A stretch of 64,000 nt of DNA. Source: Anaeramoeba ignava BMAN (Eukaryota; Protista; Anaeramoebae). Numbering within the stretch: the first letter of the stretch is position 1; every line of letters starts with the position of its first letter. A program made the position numbers and the translations under genes. Under the pieces are notes generated by a model. It made no database searches. It was not told where the DNA came from and saw nothing but the letters and a program-made list of their open reading frames with translations. The DNA is taken from the NCBI GenBank assembly GCA_028826165.1, contig JAPDFW010000066.1, forward strand, positions 62,001-126,000, in the 5' to 3' direction. Below are positions 14,601 to 29,689 of the stretch, piece after piece.

Positions 14601-15476
14601 TTCTGAAAAATTAGTAAATTATTTCATATTCCAAAAATTCATTTTAAAAAATTAAAAAAAATTCAAATTTTTGATAAATAGAATGAATTAATTGAAAAGT
14701 CGGAAAATATTGAAATGAATATTTCAAACGATGTTTCACAAGAATTGATAAAAACAGAAAAGAGAATAATTGGTATTACAAAAAAAGATTTTAAAAGCAA
14801 AGAAAATGATAAACTTTCATTCAAAAAAGGAGAAATTATTGAAATTATTAAAATTAATAAAGATGAAGGAATTTGTGAAGGAAAACTAAAAAGAAAAAAA
14901 GAAGGACTTATTGAATTAAAATTAATTGGTTTATATGAAGAAATTGGAGATATTTTTTTAAGAATTGAATTAGCCATTAAAAATATTGATAATCAAACAA
15001 TTAATTTTGAAAAAAGAATTATTGGAATTGCTAAATATAAATATAACACAAATGAAATTTCATTAATAAAAGGAGATTTAGTTAAAATTATCAAAATAGA
15101 TGAAGAAAATGAATCTTGCAAAATTGCATTTGGAAATAAAAAAGGAGAAGTTCCTTTATTCTTTTTTGATTTTTATGAACAAATTGGAGGAAGCGATAAT
15201 GAAATTGAAGATGAAATTGAAGATGAAATTGAAGATGAAATTGAAGATGAAATTAAAGATGAAATGGATATCGAAAATACAAATAAAAAATTAATTGGAA
15301 TTGCTAAAGTTGATTCACAACCTGATGAAGATGATGATGAAAATAGTGATTTTCTTTTTTTTTCAAAAGGAGATGAAGTTGAAATTCTGGAAATTAATGG
15401 AGAAATGGGAATTGGAAAATTAAATGGAAAAGAAGGAGAAATTTTTATTGATGATTTTGATATAAAAGAAAATTAA
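11603..15476 (+). CDS. ULK/Atg1-like kinase + 3 SH3-like domains, copy 5 (intact)
   Basis: Exons 11603-11848, 11960-12074, 13652-13863, 14258-14422, 14500-14613 and 14682-15476 join in frame. Confidence 0.92.
12075..13651 (+). repeat. 1577-nt intron 2 of copy 5 filled with ATTTCA/ATATCA/ATTTTA hexamers
   Basis: Boundaries GTATAA...AATAG. The body is a hexamer array that explains the spurious IS/LK ORFs. Confidence 0.9.
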
Positions 15477-15792
15477 ATTCCAATTTAAAATTAAATTTAA
15501 AATCAAATTCAAAATTAAATTCAAAATTAAAATTAAAATTAAATTCAAATTAAAATCAAATTAAAAATTAATTTCAAATTAAAAATTAAATTCCAATTAA
15601 AAATTAAATTCAAAATCAAATTCCAAATTAAATTCAAAATTAAATTCCACTTTTTTAAAATTTAGAATTCAAAATTAAAATCCACTTTTTTAAAATTAAA
15701 TTCAAATTCAAATCAAAATTAAATTCAAAACTAAATTTAAATTCCACTTTTTTTATTTTTTTTTTAATTTTCATTTTTTTCAAAACAAAAAA

Positions 15793-18572
15793 ATGCAAAA
15801 AAATTATTATAATAATAATAATAAAAAGAAAAAGAAAAAGAAAAAAAAGAAAAACAAATTTCCTTCAGGAGAGAATTTTCAAACAACAAAATTAATTGGA
15901 AAAGGGGGTTTTGGAAAAGTTTATTTAGGACAAACAAAAGAAATAGAACAAACTTGTGCAATTAAAGAAATTGATTTAACAACAACTTTTGATAAAAGAA
16001 GAAAAATGATAAGAGAACTCGAAATTATGAAAATAATTCAACATGAAAATTGTGCTAATTTAATGTTTATTGAACCAGAAGATTATCAAAATGTAAATTT
16101 AAATAAAAAAAATTAAAAAATTTAATTAAAAAGTGGAATAATAATAAAATTTTTTTATTTTTATAATGTTTTAAAAGGCTGATTTAATTTATATTGTTAT
16201 GGAATATTGTGATTTGGGTGATTTAAGTGAATATCTTGAATTGAAAAAAATTAAAAAAGAAAAAATTTCTATTCAAGAAATAAAAGAAATATTTGGACAA
16301 ATTGGTATTTATTTTTCATTTTGAAATATAAATCAAAATTAAAATTAAAATCAAAATTAAAATCAAAATTAAAATTAAAAATTAAAATCAAAATCAAAAC
16401 CAAAATTAAAATCAAAATTAAAATTAAAAATTAAAATTCAAAATCAAAATCAAAATCAAAATTAAATTCAAAATCTAAATCAAAATCAAAATCAAATTCA
16501 AAATTAAAATTAAAATTAAAATTAAAATCAAAATTAAAATCAAAATTTAAAATCAAAATTAAAATTAAAATCAAAATTTAAAATTAAAATCAAAATTAAA
16601 ATCAAAATCAAAATCAAATAGTTTTGGGATTGAAATATTTATATGAAAAAGGAATTGTTCATCGTGATTTAAAACCTCAAAATATTCTTCTTCAATCAAA
16701 TGATGATTCTACTTTTGGATACAGAATTAAATTAGCAGATTTTGGATTTGCAAGAGAAATTCCAGAAAATAATTTAGGACAAGAAGCAAATATGGTTTCA
16801 CTTTTAGGAACACCTTTATATATGGCACCAGAAGTTTGAAACATTTTTTTATAAATTAAATTAATAAATAATATTTAATAATATATTCAATAAATATTTA
16901 AATAATATTTAATAAATATTTAATAATATCCAATAATATTCAATAATATTCAATAATATTCAATAATATTTAATAATATTAATAATATTTAAAAATATTT
17001 AATAATATTTAATAAATATTTAATAATATTCAATAATATTTAATAATATATTTAATAATATATTTAATAATATTTAATAATATATTTAATAAATATTCAA
17101 TAAATATTTAATAATATTTAATAATATCCAATAATATTTAATAATATTTAATAATATTCAATAATATTCAATAATATTCAATAAATATTTAATAATATTC
17201 AATAATATTCAATAATATTCAATAATATTCAATAATATTTAATAATATTCAATAATATTCAATAATATTCAATAATATTCAATAATATTCAATAATATTC
17301 AGTAATATATTTAATAATATTTAATAATATATTTAATAATATTTAATAATATTTAATAATTTCAAAAATAGATCTTATGTTTGAAACCTTATTCTTCAAA
17401 AGTTGATTTATGGAGTTTAGGTGCAATTTTATATGAAATTGTTACAGGAAATCCTCCTTTTCAAGCAATAGCTTTCACTGATTTAAGAAAACAATATAAA
17501 AAGTTATCTAAAAAATCACTTCCAACTGACTTTCTTGTAAAAAATTAAAATTAAAATCAAAAATTAAAATTAAAATTAAAATTAAAATTAAAATTAAAAT
17601 TAAAATTAAAATTAAAATTAAAATTAAAATTAAAATTAAAATTAAAATTAAAATTAAAATTAAAAAAGGAATTTATTCCAAAAGAATGTAATGATTTAGT
17701 TGAAAGATTATTAACTGTTGATCCAAAATTAAGAATGACAAGAGAAGAATTATATAAACATCCTTTTATTTTTGAAAAATTAGTAAATTATTTCAAATTC
17801 CAAAAATTCATTTTAAAAAAAAATTTTATTCCAAAAAATTAAAAAATTCAAATTTTTTGATAAATAGAAAGAATTATATCAAAAATCAATTGATTTAACT
17901 AAAACAGAAAATGCAATAATTGGAATTACAAAAGAAGATTTTGAAAGCAAAGAAAATGATAAACTTTCATTCAAAAAAGGAGAAATTATTGAAATTATTA
18001 AAATTAATAAAGATAAAGGAATTTGTGAAGGAAAATTAAAAGAAAAAGAAGAAGGAATTATTGAATTAAAATTAATTGATTTATTTGAAGAAATTGAAGA
18101 TATTTTTTCAATGATTGAATCAATCATAAAAGATATTAATAATAAAAACAACCGAATAAATCAAATCAAAAAATTCCAAAAAAGAATTATTGGAATTGTT
18201 TCAAATAATTATAAATCAAACAAAATTTCATTATCAAAAGGAGATTTAGTTAAAATTATCAAAATTAATGAAGAAAATGAATCTTGTGAAATTGAATTTG
18301 GAAATCAAAAAGAAGAAATTCCTTTTTCATTTTTTAATTTTTATGAAAAAATTGGAGATGAAAATCAAGATGAAAATCAAGATGAAAATTCAAAGAAAAT
18401 AATTGGAATTGCTAAAGTTGATTCACAAAATAATTCACAAGATGATTTTCTTTCTTTTTCAAAAGGAGATGAAGTTGAAATTACTGAAATTAATGGAAAA
18501 ATGGGAATTGGAAAATTAAATGGAAAAACAGGAGAAATTTTTATTGATGATTTTGATATAAAAAAAAATTAA
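15793..18572 (+). CDS. ULK/Atg1-like kinase + 3 SH3-like domains, copy 6
   Basis: Motifs [20 protein letters not shown] and GTPLYMAPE. Poly-Asn/Lys N-terminus and the same five intron positions. Confidence 0.9.
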
Positions 18573-18730
18573 TTTCAAATTAAAAATTAAATTCCAATTT
18601 AAAATTAAATTCAAAAGAAAAAATTAATCTTTTATTCCACTTTTTTTTTTCTCACTTTTAAATGAAAAAGCGAAAATTTTTTCTTTTCTTTTTTTTAATT
18701 TTTTCATTTTTTTTCAAATCAAAAAATTAA

Positions 18731-21299
18731 ATGGAAAGAAATAATTTTCCTGAAGGAAATAATTTTGAAGCAAAAAAGATAATTGGAAAAGGAGGTTTTG
18801 GAAAAGTTTATTTAGGAAAAACTAAAGATACAAATAAAGATTGTGCAATTAAAGAAATTAATTTGGAACAAAATCAAAAATATAGAGACAAAGTTATAAG
18901 AGAAATTGAAATTATGAAAATAGTACAACATAAAAATTGTGTTAAATTATTATTTGTTGAGCCAGAAAATTATCAAAATGTAAATTTAAATAAAAAAACA
19001 AAAAGGGAAAAAAAAGAAAAAAAAAACGGAAAAAAAAATTAAAATAAAAATTAACTTATTCTCTCCTTTTTTTTTAATTTGAAAATAATGTTTTAAAAGG
19101 TGGATTTAATTTATGTTGTTATGGAATATTGTGATTCGGGAGATTTAAAAAATTATCTTGAACCAAAAGAAGAAGTTTCTCTTGAAGAAGTAAAAGAAAT
19201 ATTTGGACAAATTGGTATTATTTATTTTACATTTTAAAATATAAATCAAAAATTAAAATCAAAATTAAAATTAAAATTAAAATATAATTAAAATTAAAAT
19301 TAAAATATAATTAAAATTAAAATCAAAATCAAAATCAAAATCAAAATTAAAATCAAAATTAAAATCAAAATCAAAATTAAAATTCAAAATTAAATTTGAA
19401 ATTAAAATTAAAATTAAAATTAAAATCAAAATTAAAATTAAAATCAAAATCAAATTTAAAATTAAAATCAAAATTAAATTTAAAATTAAAATCAAAATTA
19501 AATTTGAAATTAAAATTAAAAATTAAAAATAAAATTAAAATCAAAATCAAAATCAAAATCAAAATCAAAATTAAAATTAAAATCAAAATTAAAATTAAAA
19601 TTAAAAATTAAAAATAAAATTAAATAAATAGTTTTGGGATTGAAATATTTATATGAAAAAGGAATTGTTCATCGTGATTTAAAACCTGAAAATTTATTAC
19701 TTCAATCAAATTCAAAATCAAAATTTGGATATACAATTAAATTAGCAGATTTTGGACTTGCAAGAGCAATTCCAAAAGATGATTTAGGAAAATCATTATA
19801 TATGGAGTCACGAGTTGGAAGTATTTTTTATATTGCACCAGAAGTTTGGAATATTTTTTTTTTTAAATCAAAAATTCAAAAAAATTAATTTAAAAAATTT
19901 GGAATTGATTAAAAATCAAAAAAATATAAAAATAGATCTTGAATAGCAGATGTTATTCTTCAAAAGTTGATTTATGGAGTTTAGGTGCAATTTTATATGA
20001 AATTGTTACTGCAGTTCCTCCTTTTCAAGCATTTAGTATAGAGAATTTGCAATATCTATACAAGATGAAAGAAAAAAAATCACTCCCAAAAAAATATTTA
20101 GTAAAAATTAAAAATTAAAATTAAAATTAAAATTAAAATTAAAATTAAAATTAAAATTAAAATTAAAATTAAAATTAAAATTAAAATTAAAATTAAAATT
20201 AAAAAATTAAAATTAAAATTAAAATTAAAAAAGGAATTTATTCCAAAAGAATGTAATGATTTAATTGAAGGATTACTAACTGTTGATCCAAAATTAAGAA
20301 TGACAAGAGAAGAATTATATAAACATCCTTTTATTTTTGAAAAATTAGTAAATTATTTCAAATTCCAAAAAATATTTCAAAAAAAGAATTTTATTCCAAA
20401 AAAAAATATTTTAAATTGATAAATAGGAACAATTAAACGAAAAATCAATTGATTTAATCAAAACAGAAAAGAGAATAATTGGAATTACAAAAGAAGATTT
20501 TGAAAGCAAAGAAAATGGAAAACTTTCATTCAAAAAAGGAGAAATTATTGAAATTATTAAAATTAATAAAAATAAAGGAATTTGTGAAGGAAAACTAAAA
20601 GAAGAAAAAGAAGAAGGAATTATTGAATTAAAATTAATTGATTTATTTGAAGAAATTGAAGATATTTTTTCATTGATTGAATCAATCATAAAAGATATTA
20701 ATAATAAAAACAACCGAATAAATCAAATCAAAAAATTCCAAAAAAGAATTATTGGAATTGCTTCAAACAATTATAAATCAAACAAAATTTCATTATCAAA
20801 AGGAGATTTAGTTAAAATTATCAAAATACAACAAAATAATTCTTGTGAAATTGAATTTGGAAATCAAAAAGAAGAAATTCCTTTATTATTTTTGGATTTT
20901 TATGAACAAATTGGAGAAAACAATGAAAATGAAAATGAAATTGAAATTGAAATTGAAATTGAAAATCAAATGGAAATTGAAAATCAAAATCAAAATCAAA
21001 ATCAAAATGAAAATCAAAATCAAAATCAAATGGAAATTGAAAATCAAGATGAAAATCAAGATGAAAATCAAAATGAAAATTCAAAGAAAATAATTGGAAT
21101 TGCTAAAGTTGATTCACAAAATGATTCACAAAATGATTCACAAAATGATTCACAAAATGATTCACGAGATGATTTTCTTTCTTTTTCAAAAGGAGATGAA
21201 GTTGAAATTACTGAAATTAATGGAAAAATTGCAGTTGGAAAATTAAATGGAAAAGAAGGAGAAATTTTTATTGATGATTTTGATATAAAAAAAAATTAA
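18731..21299 (+). CDS. ULK/Atg1-like kinase + 3 SH3-like domains, copy 7
   Basis: Motifs [20 protein letters not shown] and GSIFYIAPE; same exon structure. Confidence 0.9.
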
Positions 21300-21468
21300 A
21301 ACACAAAATTACAAATTTAATTTAAAAAACAAATTCAAAATTAAGAAAGAAAGAAAAAATTTATCAAAAACAAAATCTTTATTTTAATTTTTTTTTTCAT
21401 TTTTTTTTAATTTTTTTTTTCATTTTTTTTTTTCATTTTTTTCATTTTTCAATTTTAAATTAAAAAAA

Positions 21469-24400
21469 ATGGAAAGAAGAAAACTTCCTTCAGGAAATAC
21501 TTTTGAAGCAACAAAAAAAATTGGACAAGGAAATTTTGGGAAAGTTTATTTAGGGAGAATTTTACTTACAAATGAAAAAGTAGCAATTAAAGAAATTAAT
21601 TTAACAAAAAGTCAAGAAGATAAAAAAAAAGTATTAAGAGAACTTCAAGTTATGGAAAAAATTAAACACCAAAATTGTGTTAATTTATTTTCTATTGAAC
21701 CAGAAAATTATCAAGATGTAAATTTAAATAAAAAAATTTAAATAAAAAATTAAAATAAAAAATTAAAATAAAAAAAGGAAAAAAAAGATTTGAATAAAAA
21801 ATTTAATTAAAAAAAAAGGAAAAAAAAAAAATTTAATTAAAAAGTGGAATAAAAATAATTTTTATTTGAAAATGAATATATAATTTAATCAATAAAATAA
21901 AAGGCTGATTTAATTTATGTTGTTATGGAATATTGTGATTTGGGTGATTTAAATGAATATCTTGAATTGAAAAAAGATAAAAATGAAAAACTTTCTATTG
22001 AAGAAGTAACAGAAATATTTGGACAAATTGGTATTATTTATTTTTTAAAATATAAATTAAAATATAAATTAAAATCAAAATTAAAATTAAAATTAGAATT
22101 AAAATTAAAATCAAAATCAAAATTAAAAACAAAATCAAAATTAAAATTAAAATCAAAATCAAAATTAAAATTAAAATCAAAATTAAAATTAAAATCAAAA
22201 TTAAAATTAAAATTAATTTATAAAATTAAAAATTAAAATTAAAATTAAAATTAAAATTAAAATTAAAATTAAAATTAAAATTAAAATTAAAATTAAAAAT
22301 AAAATTAAAATTAAAATCAAAATTAAAATTAAAATTAAAATCAAAATTAAAATCAAAATTAAAATCAAAAATTAAAATCAAAATTAAAATTAAAATTAAA
22401 ATTAAAATTAAAATTAAAATCAAAATCAAAATCAAAATCAAAATCAAAATTAAAATTAAAATTAAAATTAAAATTAAAATTAAAATCAAAATTAAAATTA
22501 AAATTAAAATTAAAATTAAAATTAAAATTAAAATCAAAATCAAAATTGAAATTAAAATTAAAATTAAAATCAAAATTAAAATCAAAATCAAAATCAAAAT
22601 TAAAATTAAAATCAAAATTAAAATTAAAATTAAAATTAAATTTAAAATTAAAATCAAAATCAAAATTAAAATCAAAATTAAAATTAAAATTAAAATTAAA
22701 ATCAAAATTAAAATCAAAATAAAAATTAAAATTAAAATTAAAATCAAAATTAAAATCAAAATCAAAATCAAAATTAAAATTTGAAATCAAAATCAAATTA
22801 AAATCAAAATCAAAATCAAAATCAAAATTAAAATCAAAATTAAAATTAAAATTAAAATCAAATTCAAAATTAAAATTAAAATTAAAATTAAAATTAAAAT
22901 TAAAATTAAAATTAAAATCAAAATTAAAATCAAAATTAAAATTAAAATCAAATTAAAATCAAAATTAAAATTAAAATTAAAATCAAAATTAAATTTAAAA
23001 TCAAAATTAAATTTAAAATTAAATTCAAAAATATAAATAGTTTTGGGATTGAGATTTTTATATGAAAAAGGAATTGTTCATCGAGATTTAAAACCTGAAA
23101 ATATTCTTCTTCAATCAAATGATGATTCTACATTTGGATACAGAATTAAATTAGCAGATTTTGGATTTGCAAGAGAAATTCCAAAAGATGATTATGGTGA
23201 ATCAATAAAAATGAATTCATTTATTGGAACACCTTTATATGTTGCACCAGAAGTTTGAAATCTTTTTTTTAGGAAATAAATATTAAATAAATATTAAATA
23301 AATATTAAATAAATATTAAATAAATATTAAATAAATATTCAATAAATATTCAATAAATATTCAATAAATATTCAATAAATATTCAATAAATATTTAATAA
23401 ATATTCAATAAATATTCAATAAATATTTAATAAATATTCAATAAATATTAAATATTAAATATTAAATATTAAATAAATATTAAATAAATATTAAATAAAT
23501 ATTAAATAAATATTAAATAAATATTCAATAAATATTAAATAAATAGTAAATAAATATTAAATAAATATTCAATAAATATTCAATAAATATTCAATAAATA
23601 TTAAATAAATATTAAAATAAATATTAAATAAATATTAAATAAATATTCAATAAATATTAAATAAATATTAAATAAATATTAAATAATAAATATTAAATAA
23701 ATATTAAATAAATATTAAATAAATATTAAATAAATATTAAATAAATATTAAATAAATATTAAATAAATATTAAATAAATATTAAATAAATATTCAATAAA
23801 TATTAAATAAATATTAAATAAATATTCAATAAATATTAAATAAATATTAAATAAATATTAAATAAATATTAAATAAATATTAAATAAATATTCAATAAAT
23901 ATTCAATAAATATTTAATAAATATTAAATAAATATTAAATAAATATTAAATAAATATTTAATAATATTAAATAAATATTAAATAAATATTCAATAAATAT
24001 TAAATAAAAATTTTTAAATTTAAAAATAGATTTTATTGAATAAACCTTATACTTCAAATGTTGATTTTTGGAGTTTAGGTGCAATTTTATATGAATTAAT
24101 CACAGGATTTCTTCCCATTCAAGCAACAAGTATCAAAAATTTAAAAAAACAATACAAGTATCTAGCAAAAAAATCACTTCCAAAAGCATATCTAGTAAAT
24201 CCAAAATTTCAAAATTAAAAATTAAAAATTAAAAATTAAAAATTAAAAATTAAAATAAAAAAAGAACAAACTTCAACCAGAATGTAATGATTTAGTTGAA
24301 AGGTTATTAACTGTTGATCCAAAATTAAGAATTTCAAAGGAACAATTATATAATCATCCTTTTATTATTGAGAAATTAGTAAATTATTTCAATTCAAAAT

Positions 24401-25090
24401 TCAAAATTCAAAATTCAAAAAAAACTAATTTTTAATAAATAGAAAGAATTAAAGGAAAAATCAATAGAAATACAAGATTTAGAAAAGAAAATAATTGGAA
24501 TTACAAAAAAAGATTATAAAAGCAAAGAAAATGATAAACTTTCATTCAAAAAAGGAGAAATTATTGAAATTATTAAAATTAATAAAGATGAAGGAATTTG
24601 TGAAGGAAAATTAAAAGAAAAAGAAGGAATTATTGAATTAAACAGAATTGATTTATATGAAGAAATTAAAGATATTTTTTCATTGATTGAATCAAATAGC
24701 AATATCGATAATAATCAAATCAAAAAATTCCAAAAAAGAATTATTGGAATTGTTTCAAATAATTATAAATCAAAACAATTTTCATTACCAAAAGGAAATT
24801 TAGTTAAAATCATCAAAATAAATGAGGAAAATGATTCTTGTGAAATTCAATTTGGAAATCAAAAAGAAGAAATTCCTTTTTTCTTTTTGGATTTTTATGA
24901 ACAAATTGGAGAAAACGATGAAAATGAAAATGAAAAAGAAAAAGAAAAATCGAAATCAAAATCAAAATCAAAATTAAAATCAAAATCAAAATCAAAATCA
25001 AAATTAAAGCATCATTCAAAACATGGAAAAAAAGATGGAAAAAAAGATGGAAAAAAACATGAAAAAGATGAAAAAGATGGAAAAAGATGA
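21469..25090 (+). CDS. ULK/Atg1-like kinase + 2 SH3-like domains + K/D/E/H repeat tail, copy 8 (3' end uncertain)
   Basis: Kinase exons are intact. The last exon runs into a repeat region with frame-shifting A-runs; the first stop is at 25088-25090. Confidence 0.8.
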
Positions 25091-26560
25091 AAAAGATGGA
25101 AAAAGATGGAAAAAAAGATGAAAAAAAAGATGGAAAAAAAGATGAAAAAAAAGATGAAAAAAAAGATGAATCAAATCAAAAATCAAATCAAAAATCAAAT
25201 CAAAAATCAAATCAAAAATCAAATCAAAAACCAAAAGATGAAAAAAAAGATGAAAAAAATGAATCAAAACATCAATCAAAACATCATTCAAAACATAATT
25301 CAAAACATCATTCAAAACATGGAAAAAGATGGAAAAAGGAAAAAGATGAAAAAGATGGAAAAAGATGAAAAAGATGGAAAAAGATGGAAAAAGATGGAAA
25401 AAGATGGAAAAAGATGGAAAAAGATGAAAAAGATGGAAAAAGATGGAAAAAGATGAAAAAGATGAAAAAGATGAAAAAAAAGATGAATCAAATCAAAAAT
25501 CAAATCAAAAACCAAATCAAAAACCAAAAGATGAAAAACCAAAAGATGAAAAAAAAGATGAATCAAATCAAAAATCAAAAGATGAAAAAAATGAATCAAA
25601 ACATCAATCAAAACATAAATCAAAACATCATTCAAAACATAAATCAAAACATCATTCAAAACATGGAAAAAGATGAAAAAGATGGAAAAAGATGAAAAAG
25701 ATGAAAAAGATGAAAAAGATGGAAAAAGATGGAAAAAGATGAAAAAGATGGAAAAAGATGAAAAAGATGGAAAAAGATGAAAAAGATGAAAAAGATGAAC
25801 TCAAACTCAAAAACTCAAATCAAAACCAAATCAAAAACCAAAAGATGAAAAACCAAAAGATGAAAAAAATGAAAAAATCAAAAAATCAAAAGATGAAAAA
25901 AAAAATGAAAAATGGATCAAAACATAAATCAAAACATCATTCAAAACATAAATCAAAACATCATTGAAAAACATGGAAAAAGATGGAAAAAGATGAAAAA
26001 GATGGAAAAAGATGGAAAAAGATGAAAAAGATGAAAAAGATGGAAAAAGATGAAAAATCAAAAAATCAAATCAAAAAAGATGGAAAAAGATGAAAAAGAT
26101 GGAAAAAGATGAAAAAGATGGAAAAACATGAAAAAGATGAAAAAGATGGAAAAAGATGAAAAAGATGAAAAAATAAAATCAAATCAAAAAAATCAAAAAA
26201 AAAAATCAAATCAAAAACCAAATCAAAAATCAAAAAGATGAAAACCAAAGTTTGAAAAACCAAAAGATGAAAAATGGATCAAAACATAAATCAAAAACAT
26301 TCAAAAACATCATTCAAAAGATGAAAAAGATGGAAAAAGATGGAAAAAGATGAAAAAAAGATGAAAAAAAGATGAAAAAGATGAATCAAAAGGAAAATCA
26401 AATCAAAAATCAAATCAAAAATCAAATCAAAAATCAAATCAAAAACCAAAAGATGAAAAAAAAGAATCAAAACATAAATCAAAAAATGAATCAAAACATA
26501 AATCAAAACATGAAAAAAAAGATGGAAAATCAAAAATAAAATCAAATCAAAAATAATCAA
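24950..26560 (+). repeat. Coding-like higher-order repeat (GATGAAAAA/GATGGAAAA, AATCAAAAATCA, AAACATCATTCA blocks)
   Basis: Blocks recur about every 300-340 bp (aaacatcattcaaaacatgg-like at ~25008, 25303, 25648, ~25958 and ~26305). Confidence 0.8.
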
Positions 26561-26706
26561 AAGGAAAATTAATAGGAAATTGAGGATTTGATATTCTATT
26601 CAAATCAAAAATAAAAAAGAAAACTATTTTTCTTTGAATTTTTAAAATAAAAAGAAGACAAAAATAATTTTTTTTTTCATTTTTCATTTTCATTTTAAAT
26701 TAAAAA

Positions 26707-29103
26707 ATGCAAAGAAAAAACTTCCTTCGGAAAAAATTTCTATTGAAACAACAGAATTAATTGGAAAAGGAGGTTATTTATTTTTTATTTTTGAAGGAAT
26801 AAATTTTAAAATCAAAATGAAGAAAAATCAAAATTAAAGAAATTAATTTAACAAAAATCAAAATGCAAGAATAAAAGTAATAAGAGAACTTCAAATTATG
26901 CAAAAAATTAAACACCAAAATTGTGTTAATTTATTTTCTATTGAACCAGAAAATTATCAAGATGTAAATTTAAATAAAAAATTAAATAAAAAATTTAAAT
27001 AAAAAAATTAAATTAAAAAAAAAGCAAAAAAATTTAAAATAAAAAGCAAAAAAATTTAGAATAATAAAGTGGAATTAATTTTTTTTTCTCCTTTTTTTAT
27101 TTAAAATTAATTAATAAACAAAAATTTTTTTAATTAATTTTCTTTATTAAAAATTAATAATAAAATAAAAGGCTGATTTAATTTATGTTGTTATGGAATA
27201 TTGTGATTTGGGTGATTTAAATGAATATCTTGAATCGAAAAAAGATAAAAATGAAAAACTTTCTATTGAAGAAGTAAAAGAAATATTTGGACAAATTGGT
27301 ATTATTTATTTTACATTTTGAAATATAAATCAAAATCAAAATCAAAATCAAATTCAAAATCAAAATCAAATTCAAAATCAAAATCAAAATTAAAAATTAA
27401 AAATAATTAAAATCAAAATCAAAATGAAAATCAAAATCAAAATCAAAATCAAAATCAAAATCAAAATCAAAATCAAAATCAAATTCAAAATCAAAATCAA
27501 AATCAAAATCAAAATCAAAATCAAAATTAAATTTAAAATCAAAATCAAAATTAAATTCAAAAATATAAATAGTTTTTGGATTGAAATTTTTATATGAAAA
27601 AGGAATTGTTCATAGAGATTTAAAACCTGAAAATATTCTTCTTCAATCAAATGATGATTCAAAATTTGGATATATAATTAAATTAGCAGATTTTGGATTT
27701 GCAAGAGAAATTCCAAGAGATTTTTTACAAAAATCAATGGAAATGCAATCATTTATTGGAACACCTTTATATGTTGCACCAGAAGTTTGGAATATATTTT
27801 TTAAAAAAAAAATATTAAATAAATAAATACTAAATATTAAATAATAAATATTAAATAAATATTAAATAATAAATATTAAATAATAAATATTAAATAATAA
27901 ATATTAAATAAATATTAAATAAATATTAAATAAATATTAAATAATAAATATTAAATAATAAATATTAAATATTAAATAAATATTAAATAATAAATATTAA
28001 ATAAATATTAAATAAATAATAAATATTAAATAAATATTAAATAATAAATATTAAATATTAAATATTAAATAATAAATATTAAATAAATAAATATTAAATA
28101 AATATTAAATAAATATTAAATAATTATTAAATAAATATTAAATAAATATTAAATAAATATTAAATAAATATTCTTAAATTGAAAAATAGATTTTATCAAA
28201 TACTCCTTATACTTCAAATGTTGATTTATGGAGTTTAGGTGCAATTTTATATGAAATTGTTACAGGAACTCCTCCTTTTCAAACAACCGGTTTAAGTGAT
28301 TTAAGAAAACAATATAGACATTTAAAAGGCAAAAAATTACTTCCAAAAGAATATTTAGTAATTCAAAAATAAAAATAAAAATAAAAATAAATAAAAATAA
28401 AAATTAAAAATTAAAATTAAAATAAAAAGGAAAAAGTTCCAAAAGAATGTCATGATTTAGTTGAAAGATTATTAACTGTTGATCCAAATTTAAGAATTAC
28501 AAGAGAAGAATTATATAAACATCCTTTTATTTTTGAAAAATTAGTAAATTATTTCAAATTCCAAAAATATTTCAAAAAGAATTTATATTCCAAAAAAAAA
28601 TATTTTAAATTGATAAATAGAATGAATTAAAGGAAAAATCAAAAGATATATCAGATTTAGAAAAGAAAATAATTGGAATTACAAAAGAAGATTTTGAAAG
28701 CAAAGAAAATGAAAAACTTTCATTTAAAAAAGGAGATATAATTGAAATTATTGAAATTAATAAAGATAAAGGAATTTGTGAAGGAAAATTAAAAGAAAAA
28801 GAAGGAATTATTGAATTAAACAGAATTGATTTATATGAAGAAATTAAAGATATTTATTCAATAAATGAATTAAATGAATTAAATAATGATAATGATAATC
28901 AAACAATTAATTTTGAAAAAAGAATTATTGGAATTGCTTCAAATGAATATAAATCAAATGAAATTTCATTATCAAGAGGAGATTTAGTTGAAATTATCAA
29001 TATAAATAAAGATAATAATTATTGTGAAATTCAATTTGGAAATCAAAAAGATGAAATTCCTTTTTTCTTTTTTGATTTTTATAAAAAAATTGAAGAGAAT
29101 TAA
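26707..29103 (+). pseudogene. ULK/Atg1-like kinase + 2 SH3-like domains, copy 9 (exon 1 corrupted)
   Basis: Exon 1 (26707-26963) has frameshifts and a destroyed Gly-loop/AIK region. Exons 2-6 look intact, with a stop at 29101-29103. This could be a local assembly error. Confidence 0.65.
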
Positions 29104-29689
29104 ATTCAAAATCAAATTCAAAATCAAAATCAAATTCAAAATTCAAAATCAAATTCAAATTGAAATTCAAATTCAAATTCAAAATCAAAATTAAAATCAA
29201 AATTAAAATCAAAATCAAATTCAAAATCAAAATCAAATTAAAAATTCAAAATCAAAATCAAAATCAAAATTCAAATTCAAAATCAAAATCAAAATCAAAA
29301 TCAAAATCAAATTCAAATTCAAAATCAAAATCAAAATTAAAATTCAAAATCAAAATCAAAATCAAATTCAAAATTAAAATCAAATTTAAAATCAAAATCA
29401 AAATTAAAATTAAAAATCAAAATCAAAATTTTTCAAAATTAAAATCAAAATCAAATTTTAAAATAAAAATCAAAATCAAAATCAAAAATTAATTTTAAAA
29501 TCAAAATTAAAATCAAAATCAAAAATCAAATTCAAAATTAAAAATCAAATTCAACATTAATTCAAAATTCAAAATCAAAAATAAAAAGAAAAAAAAAAAT
29601 AAAAATCAAATTTTTTCATTTTTATTTTTCATTTTTATTTTTCATTTTTTATTTTTTCATTTTTATTTTTATTTTAAATTAAAAAAAAT

